Assembly: GCF_058153355.1 (NCBI RefSeq)
Contig: NZ_CM177019.1
DNA: 64,000 nucleotides
Strand: one strand, 5' to 3'
The notes beneath the pieces were generated by a model. That model was not told the DNA's origin. It worked only from the letters and a program-made list of their open reading frames with translations, and made no database searches. Positions 42,303 through 57,818 of this stretch are shown in pieces (position 1 is the first letter of the stretch; each line of letters opens with the position of its first letter). Made by a program: the position numbers and the translations under genes.

Positions 42303-42413
42303 ATAGCTGAAGATAACCAGAAAATTTGCCAATGTCGAGCCTGCATGTTGAAGGTGAGAAAGTTTCAAGGAAAAGGCTACGTTAGAATATAAGAATGACG
42401 AAAAGGAGAGAAA

Positions 42414-42857
42414 ATGGTTATTAGTATTCGCCGCTCACGGCATGAGGAAGGGGAAGAACTGGTTGCGATTTGGTGCCGTTCTGTCGATGCCACTCACGAT
42501 TTTTTATCAGCAGAGTATCGGGCCGAGCTGGAAGAGCTGGTGCGTTCCTTCCTGCCGGAAGCGCCGTTGTGGGTCGCGGTTAATGAGCGGGATCGGCCGG
42601 TTGGGTTTATGTTGTTAAGTGGGCAGCATATGGATGCGCTGTTTATCGATCCTGATGTGCGCGGCTGCGGCGTGGGTCGGATGCTGGTGGAACATGCGCT
42701 CTCGATGGCACCGGAACTGACAACCAACGTTAATGAGCAAAATACGCAGGCGGTGGGGTTCTATAAAACGATGGGGTTTAAGGTTACGGGACGCTCGGCA
42801 GTTGACGATTTGGGGAAACCGTATCCGTTGCTGAATCTGGCGTATGTGGAGGCGTAG
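42414..42857 (+). CDS. yjaB: GNAT-family N-acetyltransferase
   Basis: 147-aa ORF MVISIRRSRHEEGEELVAIWCRSVDATHDFL... with the acetyl-CoA-binding motif RGCGVGRMLVEHA. Confidence 0.9.
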   Translation: MVISIRRSRHEEGEELVAIWCRSVDATHDFLSAEYRAELEELVRSFLPEAPLWVAVNERDRPVGFMLLSGQHMDALFIDPDVRGCGVGRMLVEHALSMAPELTTNVNEQNTQAVGFYKTMGFKVTGRSAVDDLGKPYPLLNLAYVEA

Positions 42858-42920
42858 GCAATTTTTTTCTCATCCCGGTGAGCTGAACTTCAGGTTTCGT
42901 ACCCACCAATGGTGACATGA

Positions 42921-43304
42921 TTATTTCTGCTTAAGCATTGCCATGACCGCACTATCACTGAGCACCACTGATTGCGCATGAATGTGGAAATGGCGATATT
43001 TCATTAACGTTGCACCAGCGACCACTTCATGAAGAATGCGTTCCTCAACCTGTGACAAACCGCCCTCATTCATTTCCAGTGCGCTCACAACAATATCCAT
43101 ACGTTTTGCTGGCAAAAAAGAGTACCAGGGTGAACGTGGGTGGAGTTGCAAAACAAGATCTTGCAGAACTTTTTCTGCAACAAAGAAATTGGCGATTAAC
43201 AGGCGCTGGTTACTGAAGGCAGCCTCTCCTGACACTTCACGTTTGCTTTCAAGATCGCGAACAGTAATTTGATTACGACGAATTTGGATATACAGAACTG
43301 ACAT
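42921..43304 (-). CDS. yjaA: YjaA stress-induced protein
   Basis: ORF contains MSVLYIQIRRNQITVRDLESKREVSGEAAFSNQRLLIANFFVAEKVL...; 127 aa from the ATG at 43304. Confidence 0.85.
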   Translation of the reverse strand: MSVLYIQIRRNQITVRDLESKREVSGEAAFSNQRLLIANFFVAEKVLQDLVLQLHPRSPWYSFLPAKRMDIVVSALEMNEGGLSQVEERILHEVVAGATLMKYRHFHIHAQSVVLSDSAVMAMLKQK

Positions 43305-43342
43305 GAGATTCCCTTCATCATGCAAATAATTGATATGCAAAA

Positions 43343-43371
43343 AACCCCGGCCTTATGGACCGGGGTTTTTC
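43343..43371 (-). terminator. rRNA operon terminator (bidirectional-looking hairpin flanked by A-run and T-run)
   Basis: AAAAACCCCGGCCTTATGGACCGGGGTTTTT immediately downstream of the 5S rRNA on the minus strand. Confidence 0.65.
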
Positions 43372-43378
43372 TAATTTG

Positions 43379-43498
43379 ATGCCTGGCAGTTCCCTACTCT
43401 CGCATGGGGAGGCCCCACACTACCATCGGCGCTACGGCGTTTCACTTCTGAGTTCGGCATGGGGTCAGGTGGGACCACCGCGCTAAGGCCGCCAGGCA
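43379..43498 (-). rRNA. rrfE: 5S ribosomal RNA
   Basis: The reverse complement is the 120-nt E. coli 5S sequence (TGCCTGGCGGCC...GAACTGCCAGGCAT); operon assigned as rrnE from its position between yjaA and purH. Confidence 0.97.
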
Positions 43499-43684
43499 AA
43501 TTCCTGTGCTCTGTCCTGTGTCTTTTGTGCTGATACTGCGTTGGCTGCATTCGCGAAAATCAGTCACATACTTCAGTATGCTCCTTCCTTCGCTTCATTT
43601 GCCGCCTTGTCTCAGCGCAAAATCCTTCGGACTCTGGATCCAAGCTGAAATTCTCTCAATCCGCCAAAACACCTTCGGCGTTGT

Positions 43685-46589
<2,905 letters not shown>

Positions 46590-46773
46590 TCACAACCCGA
46601 AGATGTTTCACTTCTGATTGCGAAAATTTGAGAGACTCACGAACAACTTTCATTGTTCAGTGTTTCAATTTTCAGCTTGATCCAGATTTTTAAAGAGCAA
46701 ATATCTTAAACATGACTCGTAAGTCATCTTTAACGATATTAAGGTCGGCGACTTTCACTCACAAACCAGCAAG

Positions 46774-46849
46774 TGGCGTCCCCTAGGGGATTCGAACCCC
46801 TGTTACCGCCGTGAAAGGGCGGTGTCCTGGGCCTCTAGACGAAGGGGAC
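46774..46849 (-). tRNA. gltV: tRNA-Glu (spacer tRNA of the rRNA operon)
   Basis: The reverse complement is GTCCCCTTCGTCTAGAGGCCCAGGACACCGCCCTTTCACGGCGGTAACAGGGGTTCGAATCCCCTAGGGGACGCCA, 76 nt. Confidence 0.97.
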
Positions 46850-46934
46850 GTATCAGTCTGCTTCGCAAGACGCCTTGCTTTTCACTTTCTATCAGACAAT
46901 CTGTGTGAGCACTGCAAAGAACAGTTCTTTAAGG

Positions 46935-48476
<1,542 letters not shown>

Positions 48477-48654
48477 AAAAGTTTGATGCTCAAAGAATTA
48501 AACTTCGTAATGAATTACGTGTTCACTCTTGAGACTTGGTATTCATTTTTCGTCTTGCGACGTTAAGAATCCGTATCTTCGAGTGCCCACACAGATTGTC
48601 TGATAAATTGTTAAAGAGCAGTTGCGACGCGGCTTTCAGCTCACTGTCGCGAGG

Positions 48655-48800
48655 TGGCGTATATTACGCTTTCCTCTTTCAGAGTCAACCCTGAATTTCA
48701 GGATTTTTTCTCTTCAACCGAACCGGCTGTTTGTGTGAAGTGATTCACATCCGCCGTGTCGATGGAGGCGCATTATAGGGAGTTCTCCGCAGGCCGCAAT
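48655..48800 (-). promoter_or_regulatory. rRNA operon tandem promoters P2 (about 48655..48690) and P1 (about 48764..48800)
   Basis: On the minus strand, P1 reads ATTGCGG-N16-TATAAT-GCGCC (like rrnB P1) and P2 reads TTGACT-N16-TAATAT; AT-rich UP/Fis-like region further upstream. Confidence 0.7.
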
Positions 48801-48970
48801 AGAAAAATTGCAGAAAAATGACTGACTGCTGCATTCCCCAGCAAAACCCCGCTTTATACCTTTTTACGCACAGAGTTATCCACAATCATCAATGTAATTT
48901 CTGTATTTTTCCCACGGTAACCACAGTCAAAATTGTGATCGCTATTGAAAGAGAAAAATTCGCGAGCGTT

Positions 48971-48986
48971 GCGCAAACGTTTTCGT
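48971..48986 (+). promoter_or_regulatory. PurR operator (pur box) in the purHD promoter
   Basis: GCGCAAACGTTTTCGT is a near-perfect palindromic pur box, about 110 bp upstream of the purH ATG. Confidence 0.7.
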
Positions 48987-49093
48987 TACAATGCGGGCGA
49001 AAAATAAGGATGCCCCGTTAGGGGCGTTAGCTGAGTTTTTCGCGAAAAATTCAGCTAACGCTCTCTGTAATAGTCAAATCCAGGGGATTTACC

Positions 49094-50683
49094 ATGCAAC
49101 AACGTCGTCCAGTCCGCCGCGCTCTGCTCAGTGTTTCTGACAAAGCCGGTATCGTCGAATTCGCCCAGGCACTTTCCGCACGCGGTGTGGAGCTGCTGTC
49201 TACAGGGGGCACTGCCCGTCTGTTAGCAGAAAAGGGTCTGCCGGTAACCGAAGTTTCCGATTACACCGGTTTCCCGGAGATGATGGATGGACGCGTGAAG
49301 ACCCTGCATCCGAAAGTGCATGGTGGCATTCTGGGCCGTCGCGGCCAGGACGATGCCGTTATGGAAGAACATCAGATCCAACCTATCGATATGGTAGTTG
49401 TTAACCTCTATCCGTTCGCCCAGACCGTTGCCCGTGAAGGCTGCTCGCTGGAAGATGCGGTTGAGAACATCGATATCGGTGGTCCAACGATGGTGCGCTC
49501 CGCCGCCAAGAACCATAAAGATGTCGCAATCGTGGTGAAGAGCAGCGACTACGACGCCATTATTAAAGAGATGGATGCCAACGAAGGATCGCTGACGCTT
49601 GCAACCCGTTTCGATCTCGCTATCAAAGCCTTCGAACATACCGCCGCCTACGACAGCATGATTGCCAACTACTTCGGCAGCATGGTTCCGGCTTATCACG
49701 GTGAAAGCAAAGAGGCCGCTGGTCGCTTCCCGCGTACACTGAACCTGAACTTCATTAAGAAGCAGGATATGCGCTACGGCGAGAACAGCCACCAGCAGGC
49801 TGCCTTCTATATAGAAGAGAATGTGAAAGAAGCCTCCGTTGCCACCGCAACCCAGGTTCAGGGTAAAGCCCTCTCTTATAACAACATCGCCGATACCGAT
49901 GCGGCTCTGGAGTGCGTGAAAGAGTTCGCCGAGCCGGCATGTGTGATTGTGAAGCACGCCAACCCTTGCGGTGTGGCTATCGGCAATTCCATTCTTGATG
50001 CTTACGATCGCGCGTATAAAACCGACCCCACCTCGGCGTTCGGCGGCATTATCGCCTTTAACCGCGAGCTGGATGCTGAAACCGCACAGGCCATCATTTC
50101 TCGTCAGTTTGTCGAAGTGATTATTGCACCGTCCGCCAGCGAAGAAGCCCTGAAAATCACAGCCGCCAAACAGAACGTGCGTGTCCTGACCTGCGGTCAG
50201 TGGGCCGAGCGTGTTCCAGGCCTTGATTTCAAACGCGTGAACGGCGGTCTGCTGGTTCAGGATCGTGACCTGGGGATGGTTGGTGCAGAAGAACTGCGCG
50301 TCGTCACCAAACGTCAGCCGACCGAACAGGAGCTGCGTGATGCGCTATTCTGCTGGAAAGTGGCGAAGTTCGTGAAATCCAACGCTATCGTCTATGCCAA
50401 AGGCAATATGACCATCGGGATTGGCGCAGGCCAGATGAGCCGCGTGTACTCCGCGAAAATCGCCGGTATTAAAGCCGCCGATGAAGGCCTGGAAGTGAAA
50501 GGTTCGTCAATGGCTTCTGACGCGTTCTTCCCGTTCCGCGACGGTATTGATGCCGCGGCCGCTGCGGGCGTGACCTGCGTAATCCAGCCTGGCGGTTCTA
50601 TCCGTGATGACGAAGTGATTGCCGCCGCCGACGAGCACGGTATTGCGATGCTCTTCACCGACATGCGCCACTTCCGCCATTAA
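49094..50683 (+). CDS. purH: bifunctional AICAR transformylase / IMP cyclohydrolase
   Basis: 529-aa ORF beginning [44 protein letters not shown], matching PurH. Confidence 0.97.
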   Translation: MQQRRPVRRALLSVSDKAGIVEFAQALSARGVELLSTGGTARLLAEKGLPVTEVSDYTGFPEMMDGRVKTLHPKVHGGILGRRGQDDAVMEEHQIQPIDMVVVNLYPFAQTVAREGCSLEDAVENIDIGGPTMVRSAAKNHKDVAIVVKSSDYDAIIKEMDANEGSLTLATRFDLAIKAFEHTAAYDSMIANYFGSMVPAYHGESKEAAGRFPRTLNLNFIKKQDMRYGENSHQQAAFYIEENVKEASVATATQVQGKALSYNNIADTDAALECVKEFAEPACVIVKHANPCGVAIGNSILDAYDRAYKTDPTSAFGGIIAFNRELDAETAQAIISRQFVEVIIAPSASEEALKITAAKQNVRVLTCGQWAERVPGLDFKRVNGGLLVQDRDLGMVGAEELRVVTKRQPTEQELRDALFCWKVAKFVKSNAIVYAKGNMTIGIGAGQMSRVYSAKIAGIKAADEGLEVKGSSMASDAFFPFRDGIDAAAAAGVTCVIQPGGSIRDDEVIAAADEHGIAMLFTDMRHFRH

Positions 50684-50694
50684 TGGAGCGACAG

Positions 50695-51984
50695 ATGAAA
50701 GTATTAGTGATTGGTAATGGCGGGCGCGAGCACGCGTTGGCCTGGAAAGCGGCCCAGTCGCCGCTGGTTGAGACTGTTTTTGTTGCTCCGGGTAACGCAG
50801 GCACTGCACTGGAACCCGCGCTGCAAAACGTCGCTATCGGCGTGACCGATATCCCGGCACTGCTAGATTTCGCGCAAAATGAAAAGGTAGATTTAACCAT
50901 CGTCGGCCCGGAAGCGCCGCTGGTGAAAGGCGTGGTCGATACCTTCCGAGCCGCCGGGCTGAAAATCTTCGGACCAACCGCAGGCGCCGCACAACTGGAA
51001 GGCTCGAAAGCGTTTACCAAGGATTTCCTGGCCCGCCATAAGATCCCTACGGCGGAATACCAGAACTTCACCGAGGTAGAACCTGCACTGGCGTATCTGC
51101 GTGAGAAAGGCGCGCCAATCGTCATTAAAGCTGACGGTCTGGCTGCCGGGAAAGGCGTGATCGTGGCGATGACGCTGGAAGAAGCTGAAGCCGCCGTGCA
51201 CGACATGCTGGCGGGCAACGCTTTTGGCGACGCGGGTCATCGTATTGTTATCGAAGAGTTCCTCGACGGCGAAGAAGCGAGTTTTATCGTGATGGTGGAC
51301 GGTGAGCATGTGCTGCCAATGGCCACCAGCCAGGATCACAAACGCGTAGGCGATAAAGATACCGGGCCGAACACGGGCGGTATGGGCGCTTACTCCCCTG
51401 CGCCAGTGGTGACCGATGAAGTTCATCTGCGCACGATGGAACGTATCATCTGGCCAACCGTGAAAGGTATGGCGGCGGAAGGCAACACCTACACCGGTTT
51501 TCTCTATGCGGGCCTGATGATCGACAAACAGGGTAATCCGAAGGTTATCGAATTTAACTGCCGCTTTGGCGATCCGGAAACCCAGCCGATTATGCTGCGC
51601 ATGAAGTCCGATCTGGTTGAACTCTGCCTGGCGGCCTGTGAAGGCAAGCTGGACGAGAAAACCTCCGAGTGGGATGAACGCGCTTCTCTTGGCGTGGTGA
51701 TGGCTGCGGGTGGATATCCGGGCGATTACCGCACCGGCGATGTGATCCACGGCCTGCCGCTGGAAGAAGTGGAAGGCGGTAAGGTGTTCCACGCGGGCAC
51801 TAAACTGGCGGATGACGAGCTGGTGGTAACCAGCGGCGGGCGCGTACTGTGCGTCACCGCGCTGGGTCATACCGTGGCAGAAGCGCAGAAACGCGCTTAT
51901 GCCTTAATGACCAATATCCATTGGGACGATTGCTTCTGCCGGAAGGATATCGGCTGGCGCGCCATCGAACGCGAGCAGAACTAA
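50695..51984 (+). CDS. purD: phosphoribosylamine-glycine ligase
   Basis: ORF matches PurD from MKVLVIGNGGREHALAWKAAQSPLVETVFVAPGNAGTALEP...; 429 aa from the ATG at 50695. Confidence 0.95.
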   Translation: MKVLVIGNGGREHALAWKAAQSPLVETVFVAPGNAGTALEPALQNVAIGVTDIPALLDFAQNEKVDLTIVGPEAPLVKGVVDTFRAAGLKIFGPTAGAAQLEGSKAFTKDFLARHKIPTAEYQNFTEVEPALAYLREKGAPIVIKADGLAAGKGVIVAMTLEEAEAAVHDMLAGNAFGDAGHRIVIEEFLDGEEASFIVMVDGEHVLPMATSQDHKRVGDKDTGPNTGGMGAYSPAPVVTDEVHLRTMERIIWPTVKGMAAEGNTYTGFLYAGLMIDKQGNPKVIEFNCRFGDPETQPIMLRMKSDLVELCLAACEGKLDEKTSEWDERASLGVVMAAGGYPGDYRTGDVIHGLPLEEVEGGKVFHAGTKLADDELVVTSGGRVLCVTALGHTVAEAQKRAYALMTNIHWDDCFCRKDIGWRAIEREQN

Positions 51985-53306
51985 CGCGACAGTTTTGCCA
52001 ATAGCGTTTTGCGCGTAATCCCTAACTGACGGGCGGCTTCGGTTTTGTTGCCGCCCGTTTTCTCCAGCGCCGCCAGAATCACTTCTTTTTCGACTTCCAC
52101 CAGCGGCTGAATATCCTGACTTTGCACCAGCGGGATCGGCGTACTGGCAATCGCCAGCGGCAGCTCGCGTTCGGAAATATATTCCCCGGTCAGCAGCACC
52201 ACCGCCCGTTCCACCGCGTTTTCCAGTTCACGAATATTTCCCGGCCAGTCGTAGTGAATCAGCAGATCCATCGCCTGGGGCGTAAACCCTTTTACCGCCT
52301 TGCGATTGCGTTCGGCAAAGCGCTGCAGAAAATGGTTAGCCAGCAGAGGAATATCTTCCCGCCGTTGCCGTAGCGAAGGTACTTCAATCGCCACCACATT
52401 CAGGCGATAGTAGAGATCCTGACGAAAACGCCCGGCCTTTACCTCAGCGGCAAGATCGCGATGAGTCGCCGCAATCAGCCGGACATCAACCGAGATAGTC
52501 TGATTGCTACCGACACGCTGGACTTCGCGCTCCTGAATCGCACGCAGTAGACGAACCTGCATCATCGGTGAGATATCGCCAATTTCATCGAGAAACAGCG
52601 TGCCGCCGTCTGCCTCCACAAAGCGCCCTTCCCGCCGTTTGTCGGCTCCGGTAAACGCCCCTTTTTCGTGACCGAACAATTCAGATTCCAGCAAGGATTC
52701 GTTGAGTGCCGCACAGTTGAGCGTCACCAGCGGCTTTTCACTCCGTGCGCTACTGGCGTGAATCGCCCTGGCGACCAGCTCTTTACCGGTGCCGGAATCG
52801 CCGTGGATCAGCACCGTGGCTTCCGATGGCGCGACGAGGGCAATTTCACTGAGCAGGTGCTGCATCGCCGGGCTTTTACCGACCATACCGAACTGGCTGG
52901 CAGACACCGCAGGCGTTTCAGCATCAACACTGTGCGTATGCGCAAGCGCCTTTTCCAGGGTTGCCTGCAGGTTATCGAAATCCAGCGGCTTGATGAGATA
53001 ATCCAGTGCCCCGGTTTTCAACGCCTCTACCGCCGTCTCGACGCTGGAGTACGCGGTCATAATCAGTACCGGAATTGCCGGATTTAACGCTTTGATCTCT
53101 TTCAGCGTGGCGATGCCATCCATCTCTGCCATTCGCACATCACAAAGCACAAGATCAAAAACCTGTTCCCGCACTTGCTCCAGCGCCTGTCGCCCGCTGT
53201 TCGCCAGCGCGACGTTATAGCCCCAGCCGCGCAGCAATGCCTGCAAGATAGTGCAGTGGCTAATGTCATCATCCACCACCAGAATATCGATATTATCGTG
53301 CGTCAT
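51981..53306 (-). CDS. zraR: sigma54-dependent two-component response regulator
   Basis: 441-aa ORF with a receiver domain ([14 protein letters not shown]...), an AAA+ sigma54-interaction domain ([14 protein letters not shown]) and a C-terminal HTH. Confidence 0.93.
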   Translation of the reverse strand: MTHDNIDILVVDDDISHCTILQALLRGWGYNVALANSGRQALEQVREQVFDLVLCDVRMAEMDGIATLKEIKALNPAIPVLIMTAYSSVETAVEALKTGALDYLIKPLDFDNLQATLEKALAHTHSVDAETPAVSASQFGMVGKSPAMQHLLSEIALVAPSEATVLIHGDSGTGKELVARAIHASSARSEKPLVTLNCAALNESLLESELFGHEKGAFTGADKRREGRFVEADGGTLFLDEIGDISPMMQVRLLRAIQEREVQRVGSNQTISVDVRLIAATHRDLAAEVKAGRFRQDLYYRLNVVAIEVPSLRQRREDIPLLANHFLQRFAERNRKAVKGFTPQAMDLLIHYDWPGNIRELENAVERAVVLLTGEYISERELPLAIASTPIPLVQSQDIQPLVEVEKEVILAALEKTGGNKTEAARQLGITRKTLLAKLSR

Positions 53307-54679
53307 CCTTGTGGGTCCTTACGCGTAATATTGACCGGAAGCCAGAGGGTGAACGTTGCACCTTTCCCCTCCTGGCTTACGACCTGAATTGTACCACCGT
53401 GTTGTTCAACAATATTATGCACAACCGCCAGCCCCAGTCCGGTGCCTTCGGCTTTGGTGGTGAAGTACGGGGTGAAGATAGCTTCAAGCTGATCCGCCGC
53501 AATTCCCTTACCGCTGTCGGTTACGCTTATTTTAACGCCTGCGCTGCTTTCGTTGGCCGTCACGCTAATCACGCCATGCTGACCAATCGCCTGAATAGCA
53601 TTGAGATAGAGATTCAACAGGACCTGAGTCAGTCGGTCCGGATCGGCCTGTATCTCCGGCAATGCGTCGTTGGCGGTAAAGCGTAATTGGATCTCCCTAC
53701 TGTTTGCATCCTGGCTTACCAGTTGTAATGAGTGGTTAATCAGCGTGTTGAGATCCACCGCCTGCAAAGCCAGATGCGTTGGCTTAACCAGCTCCAGCAG
53801 CTCGCTTACCACGCGGTTTAAACGGTCGGCTTCTTTCGCCATCACCTGCGCCAATTGATGTGCTTCTCCTCCTGCTGGTGCACGTTCGGCAAAATATTTC
53901 GCCAGCCCTTTAATCGAGGAAAGAGGGTTACGGATTTCATGGGCGACGCCTGCGGCCAGATGTCCCAGCGCCACCAGCTTCTCTTTGCGCTTCATTTCAT
54001 CCTGTAACAGCTGGCGCGAGCGAAGATAGCGGCGATACCAGAAGAATGACAACACGCTTGCCAGCAAGACCGTCGCCAGGGCGAAGAGGATAATCAGGGT
54101 GTTTCTCTGCTCACGCTCTTCGGCACTCACAATGTTACTGGCGTCGAAAGCGATAAAAATTGCTTGTGGTGTCGTGGCATACTGCTGCATATGGCGCATC
54201 CGGTGCATTCCAGCAGCAAACATCGGTTGAAACTGGCGATAAATTTCCAGAACAGGCTCGCCGTCTGCGCTATCGATCCGCCGCCACGCTTCTTCGTCTC
54301 CCGGATGTAACTGCTGCATTTCCTGCGGGGAATAAAGCTGTTTTCCCACCATGCCGGAGTTGCTATGCATCACGATTGTTCCTTGTTCATCCGTGACCGC
54401 AAACCAACGCACTCCTGGCTGCCCAGCCATTTCTTCCAGTAAAGCCTGCTGCTGCGCATGATGCATGCGCATCCCCATACCGACGCGCGAGCCGGATTCG
54501 AGAGCGCGGATAAGTACACTGCCTTTTTCCAGCAGAGTTTGTCTGGCGGCGGCAGTCTCGCGCCCATAATCGCGAATCACGGTCACCGCAAACAACCCCA
54601 CCAGTCCAACAATGACTACGGGAAGGATCGCGCTTAACCATTTTGCTAAGGCATCTTTTGATCGCTGCATAAAACGCAT
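53303..54679 (-). CDS. zraS: two-component sensor histidine kinase (zinc/envelope stress)
   Basis: 458-aa ORF with an N-terminal TM segment, a periplasmic domain, an H-box (HEIRNPLSSIKG) and an ATPase domain (GTGLGLAVV); 4-nt overlap with zraR. Confidence 0.9.
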   Translation of the reverse strand: MRFMQRSKDALAKWLSAILPVVIVGLVGLFAVTVIRDYGRETAAARQTLLEKGSVLIRALESGSRVGMGMRMHHAQQQALLEEMAGQPGVRWFAVTDEQGTIVMHSNSGMVGKQLYSPQEMQQLHPGDEEAWRRIDSADGEPVLEIYRQFQPMFAAGMHRMRHMQQYATTPQAIFIAFDASNIVSAEEREQRNTLIILFALATVLLASVLSFFWYRRYLRSRQLLQDEMKRKEKLVALGHLAAGVAHEIRNPLSSIKGLAKYFAERAPAGGEAHQLAQVMAKEADRLNRVVSELLELVKPTHLALQAVDLNTLINHSLQLVSQDANSREIQLRFTANDALPEIQADPDRLTQVLLNLYLNAIQAIGQHGVISVTANESSAGVKISVTDSGKGIAADQLEAIFTPYFTTKAEGTGLGLAVVHNIVEQHGGTIQVVSQEGKGATFTLWLPVNITRKDPQG

Positions 54680-54710
54680 CTTCTTCTTTGCCTGTTCATC
54701 CCTTTTTGAC

Positions 54711-54726
54711 AGCAGAAATCATGCCA
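54711..54726 (-). promoter_or_regulatory. candidate sigma54 (-24/-12) promoter for zraSR
   Basis: The minus strand reads TGGCAT-GATTT-CTGCT with canonical GG-N10-GC spacing, about 30 nt upstream of zraS. Confidence 0.55.
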
Positions 54727-54865
54727 TCTTTTATTAACACTTACCCTGCGCTTTAACACAAAGGCTTAAGTTTCAATGAGTAAAAATGACTCGCTACACA
54801 CAGCAGGCGAGTCATTTTTACTCGTTTATCATGTCATATTGCCCGTCATATCAGCGTTTCGCCGT

Positions 54866-54882
54866 TGGCACGAAAGATGCAA
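54866..54882 (+). promoter_or_regulatory. candidate sigma54 (-24/-12) promoter for zraP
   Basis: TGGCAC-GAAAG-ATGCA with canonical spacing, about 35 nt upstream of the zraP ATG. Confidence 0.6.
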
Positions 54883-54916
54883 TACCCGAAGTAAGACAAC
54901 CACTGGAGGATTAACC

Positions 54917-55336
54917 ATGAAACGGAACACGAAAATTGCCCTGGTGATGATGGCGCTTTCAGCAATGGCGATGGGATCGACATCTGCATTTGCTCACGGC
55001 GGACACGGTATGTGGCAGCAAAATGCCGCGCCTTTGACCAGCGAACAACAGACAGCGTGGCAGAAAATCCATAATGACTTTTACGCTCAAAGCAGCGCAC
55101 TGCAACAGCAACTGGTGACGAAGCGTTATGAATACAATGCCCTGTTAGCCGCGAACCCACCGGATAGCAGCAAAATTAACGCGGTCGCCAAAGAGATGGA
55201 GAATTTGCGTCAGTCGTTAGATGAGTTACGGGTGAAACGAGATATTGCGATGGCTGAAGCGGGTATTCCGCGCGGTACCGGAATGGGTTACGGCGGCTGC
55301 GGTGGTGGCGGTCATATGGGTATGGGCCACTGGTAA
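54917..55336 (+). CDS. zraP: zinc resistance-associated periplasmic chaperone
   Basis: ORF contains MKRNTKIALVMMALSAMAMGSTSAFAHGGHGMWQQ... and ends with the Gly/His-rich tail ...GYGGCGGGGHMGMGHW; ATG at 54917 with SD GGAGGA. Confidence 0.9.
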   Translation: MKRNTKIALVMMALSAMAMGSTSAFAHGGHGMWQQNAAPLTSEQQTAWQKIHNDFYAQSSALQQQLVTKRYEYNALLAANPPDSSKINAVAKEMENLRQSLDELRVKRDIAMAEAGIPRGTGMGYGGCGGGGHMGMGHW

Positions 55337-55337
55337 A

Positions 55338-56039
55338 TCAGAACGTTTTCTCGTTGGGTTGCCAGCGACAGAAATCAGAGTTTGCCACTAACAGTAATTG
55401 CGAACCTTCGGGCGCTTCCAGCCATGCCACGCTGACATCAACAGAAGAGCGGCTCTGGCGGCGCTCGATATGCGCTATCGCCTGCGAATCTAAATCAGGT
55501 TTAATGGTTTGCCCTTCGCAGGTGGTCACGGTCTGTTCCATCGCATGCCAGCGCCCCTGGCGCAGCACGACTCTCCCCTGACGTAAGGCATCGCTAATCT
55601 GGCGGATCTGATCAGCACGATAACGGTATAAATCGATTTGGTCGTTAGAAAGCTGCTGTTTTTCCCCGTCGGATTCACGTTGCATAAAGCTCAGATCGCC
55701 GCGATCGTCAAAACGCGCGCGAATATTCACCGGCGGTTTGCTGTAAACATTGATATTGATAAGCGTGAGGTTATCGCCCTGCCAGCGATACTCTCGCGTC
55801 GTGGTATCGCCACTGCGCCACGGGCTAAACACAGCAAGCAGATGCACATTATTGCCACTGTCTTTTCGCCAGATACGTACCGCGCCCTGATCTTCAGCAA
55901 ATCCACTGGCGGTAAAGGGAGGAAGTGAAGAGTTGTGACTACAGGCAGTGAGAAACAGAGCGCCCGCCAGCATCAATGATCGACGCCAGAAAGACAAAAG
56001 GGGTGAAACCACCCCTTCGTTAAAACTGTTCACTGCCAC
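55338..56039 (-). CDS. yjaH: DUF1481-type lipoprotein; start uncertain (a likely alternative start gives MLAGALFLTAC...)
   Basis: 233-aa ORF with the lipobox LFLTAC, between zraP and hupA as yjaH is in K-12. Confidence 0.75.
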   Translation of the reverse strand: MAVNSFNEGVVSPLLSFWRRSLMLAGALFLTACSHNSSLPPFTASGFAEDQGAVRIWRKDSGNNVHLLAVFSPWRSGDTTTREYRWQGDNLTLININVYSKPPVNIRARFDDRGDLSFMQRESDGEKQQLSNDQIDLYRYRADQIRQISDALRQGRVVLRQGRWHAMEQTVTTCEGQTIKPDLDSQAIAHIERRQSRSSVDVSVAWLEAPEGSQLLLVANSDFCRWQPNEKTF

Positions 56040-56045
56040 GCAATC

Positions 56046-56318
56046 TTACTTAACTGCGTCTTTCAGTGCCTTGCCAGAAACAAATGCCGGCACGTTAGCT
56101 GCGGCAATTTTGATTTCTTTACCGGTCTGCGGGTTGCGGCCAGTACGCTCAGCGCGGTGGTTCACTTTGAAGGTACCGAAACCAACCAGTTGTACAGCAT
56201 CGCCTTCTTTCAGAGACTCAGTAATTGCAGCCAGAGTGGACTCCAGAGCAGCTTTAGCCTGGGTTTTGGACAGTTCTGCTTTCTCTGCAATTACATCAAT
56301 CAGTTGAGTCTTGTTCAT
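56046..56318 (-). CDS. hupA: DNA-binding protein HU-alpha
   Basis: 90-aa [93 protein letters not shown]. Confidence 0.97.
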
Positions 56319-56504
56319 AAGTTATCCTTACAATGTGTTTATCGCTTGCTAAGCATCGAGTGCGACGGAAATGCCAGAATAGCACTCTCCTGCATACACG
56401 CACCGATAGCCACTTTTTTTCGCCCCCCAAATGTAGACCAGACGGGGGGCGAAAGGGAAGACTCCAGGTATGACAAATCAGGCGTTAAATCACGTTTTCT
56501 GGTC

Positions 56505-57095
56505 TTATTGCTGAAAAATTATACCAATATTGCTCTCGCCCGCCTCACGCAGGTCTGCCCTAAGGCCTTTTATCAGCTCGATATCGCGTTCTTCGCACTC
56601 AGCTAAAAGTCGGAATATTTCCCACTGAATGTCCCACTCTTGCTCTACAGCTGGGTTTTCTTTGAGCTCTTCATCGCTCATTTCACGGCCAGCCTGAGTC
56701 ATTTCCAGCATCGCCACGGTCGTGATGGAGGTCTTACTCACTTCTACCGCGTGTTCGAGCGTTTCGCCACTTAAACGCGAATGGACCAGTTCACTTAACG
56801 CCACGCAAGCATCGATTGCCGGATAAACGCCGTACAGTTCGAAATCGTCGGCTGAAGGAATCGCTTCTTCAAATTTCTCCAGTTGGCTGTCGAAATTTAC
56901 TTTTGCGTCTTTGACGGTCAGCGTTTCCCAGATGAGATCGAGAATACGGCGGTAAATTTGCCCATCACCAAAACCAGTTTGCTGACAGAATACGGCGTAA
57001 TTAGGGTACATGCGTTCGCATAAGCAGGCCATAAAAGTGACGTGCTGCCAGCTTTCCAGGCGCTCCAGACGCAGATGAATTGGGTTTTGTAACAT
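56505..57095 (-). CDS. yjaG: DUF416-family protein
   Basis: 196-aa ORF beginning MLQNPIHLRLERLESWQHVTFMACLCERMYPNY, between nfi and hupA. Confidence 0.9.
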   Translation of the reverse strand: MLQNPIHLRLERLESWQHVTFMACLCERMYPNYAVFCQQTGFGDGQIYRRILDLIWETLTVKDAKVNFDSQLEKFEEAIPSADDFELYGVYPAIDACVALSELVHSRLSGETLEHAVEVSKTSITTVAMLEMTQAGREMSDEELKENPAVEQEWDIQWEIFRLLAECEERDIELIKGLRADLREAGESNIGIIFQQ

Positions 57096-57137
57096 GTTGA
57101 GTTCTCAAATACGGAAATTATCCGCAGTTTACCTGAA

Positions 57138-57809
57138 TTAGGGCTGATTTGCTGTATAGCGCACGAACGCCGGACGTTCCGAGGCCACCGCGTCTGCCCA
57201 GCGCGTTGGCTCCGGCAGACGATAGCCTTTCATGCAGCGTTGTACCCAGGCCAGCGCACTATCCATGCTGACACGATGGCCAGTTGCGATAAATAGCGGG
57301 TTACAGCGCGCTTTACTGCGCCAGACCCAGGCCAGCTGCTCGCCTTTATCCATCAACGGTGCCAGCGCGCCCGGTTCGCTGGAGAGCGGCTCGAATTTAC
57401 CGCATAACCGCTTTTTCGCTACGCCAATGGTCGGTACGTCCACTAATAAGCCAAAATGGCTGGCAACGCCAAGACGGCGCGGATGCGAGATCCCATGACC
57501 ATCGACAAACACTAAATCCGGCTTTTGCGACAGCATCTCCCACGCTGCCAGCAGCGCAGGATATTCGCGGAAGGAAAGAAAACCTGGAATGTAAGGCATG
57601 GTGGTGGCGATGCGTGCCACTTTATACTCCACCAGCTCAAGAGAGGGGTATTTCAGCAGCACCATCGCCGCTCGCGTCACATCTCCGCCCTGCTCAAACC
57701 CGACATCGGCTCCGGCGATCAGATCCGGCGGATCTTTATCAAGTCGATCCTCACGGATCACAGAAGAAGCCAGTTCGATTTGTTGAGCGCGTAATGACGC
57801 GAGATCCAT
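57138..57809 (-). CDS. nfi: endonuclease V
   Basis: ORF matches Nfi from [42 protein letters not shown]...; 223 aa from the ATG at 57809. Confidence 0.93.
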   Translation of the reverse strand: MDLASLRAQQIELASSVIREDRLDKDPPDLIAGADVGFEQGGDVTRAAMVLLKYPSLELVEYKVARIATTMPYIPGFLSFREYPALLAAWEMLSQKPDLVFVDGHGISHPRRLGVASHFGLLVDVPTIGVAKKRLCGKFEPLSSEPGALAPLMDKGEQLAWVWRSKARCNPLFIATGHRVSMDSALAWVQRCMKGYRLPEPTRWADAVASERPAFVRYTANQP

Positions 57810-57818
57810 AATCACTCC

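Noticed and set aside
56421-56451. GC-rich hairpin CGCCCCCC..GGGGGGCG upstream of hupA
   Set aside because: A strong stem, but the T-run precedes rather than follows it on the plus strand and an A-run follows it on the minus strand, so it does not form a canonical terminator for either flanking gene; function undetermined.
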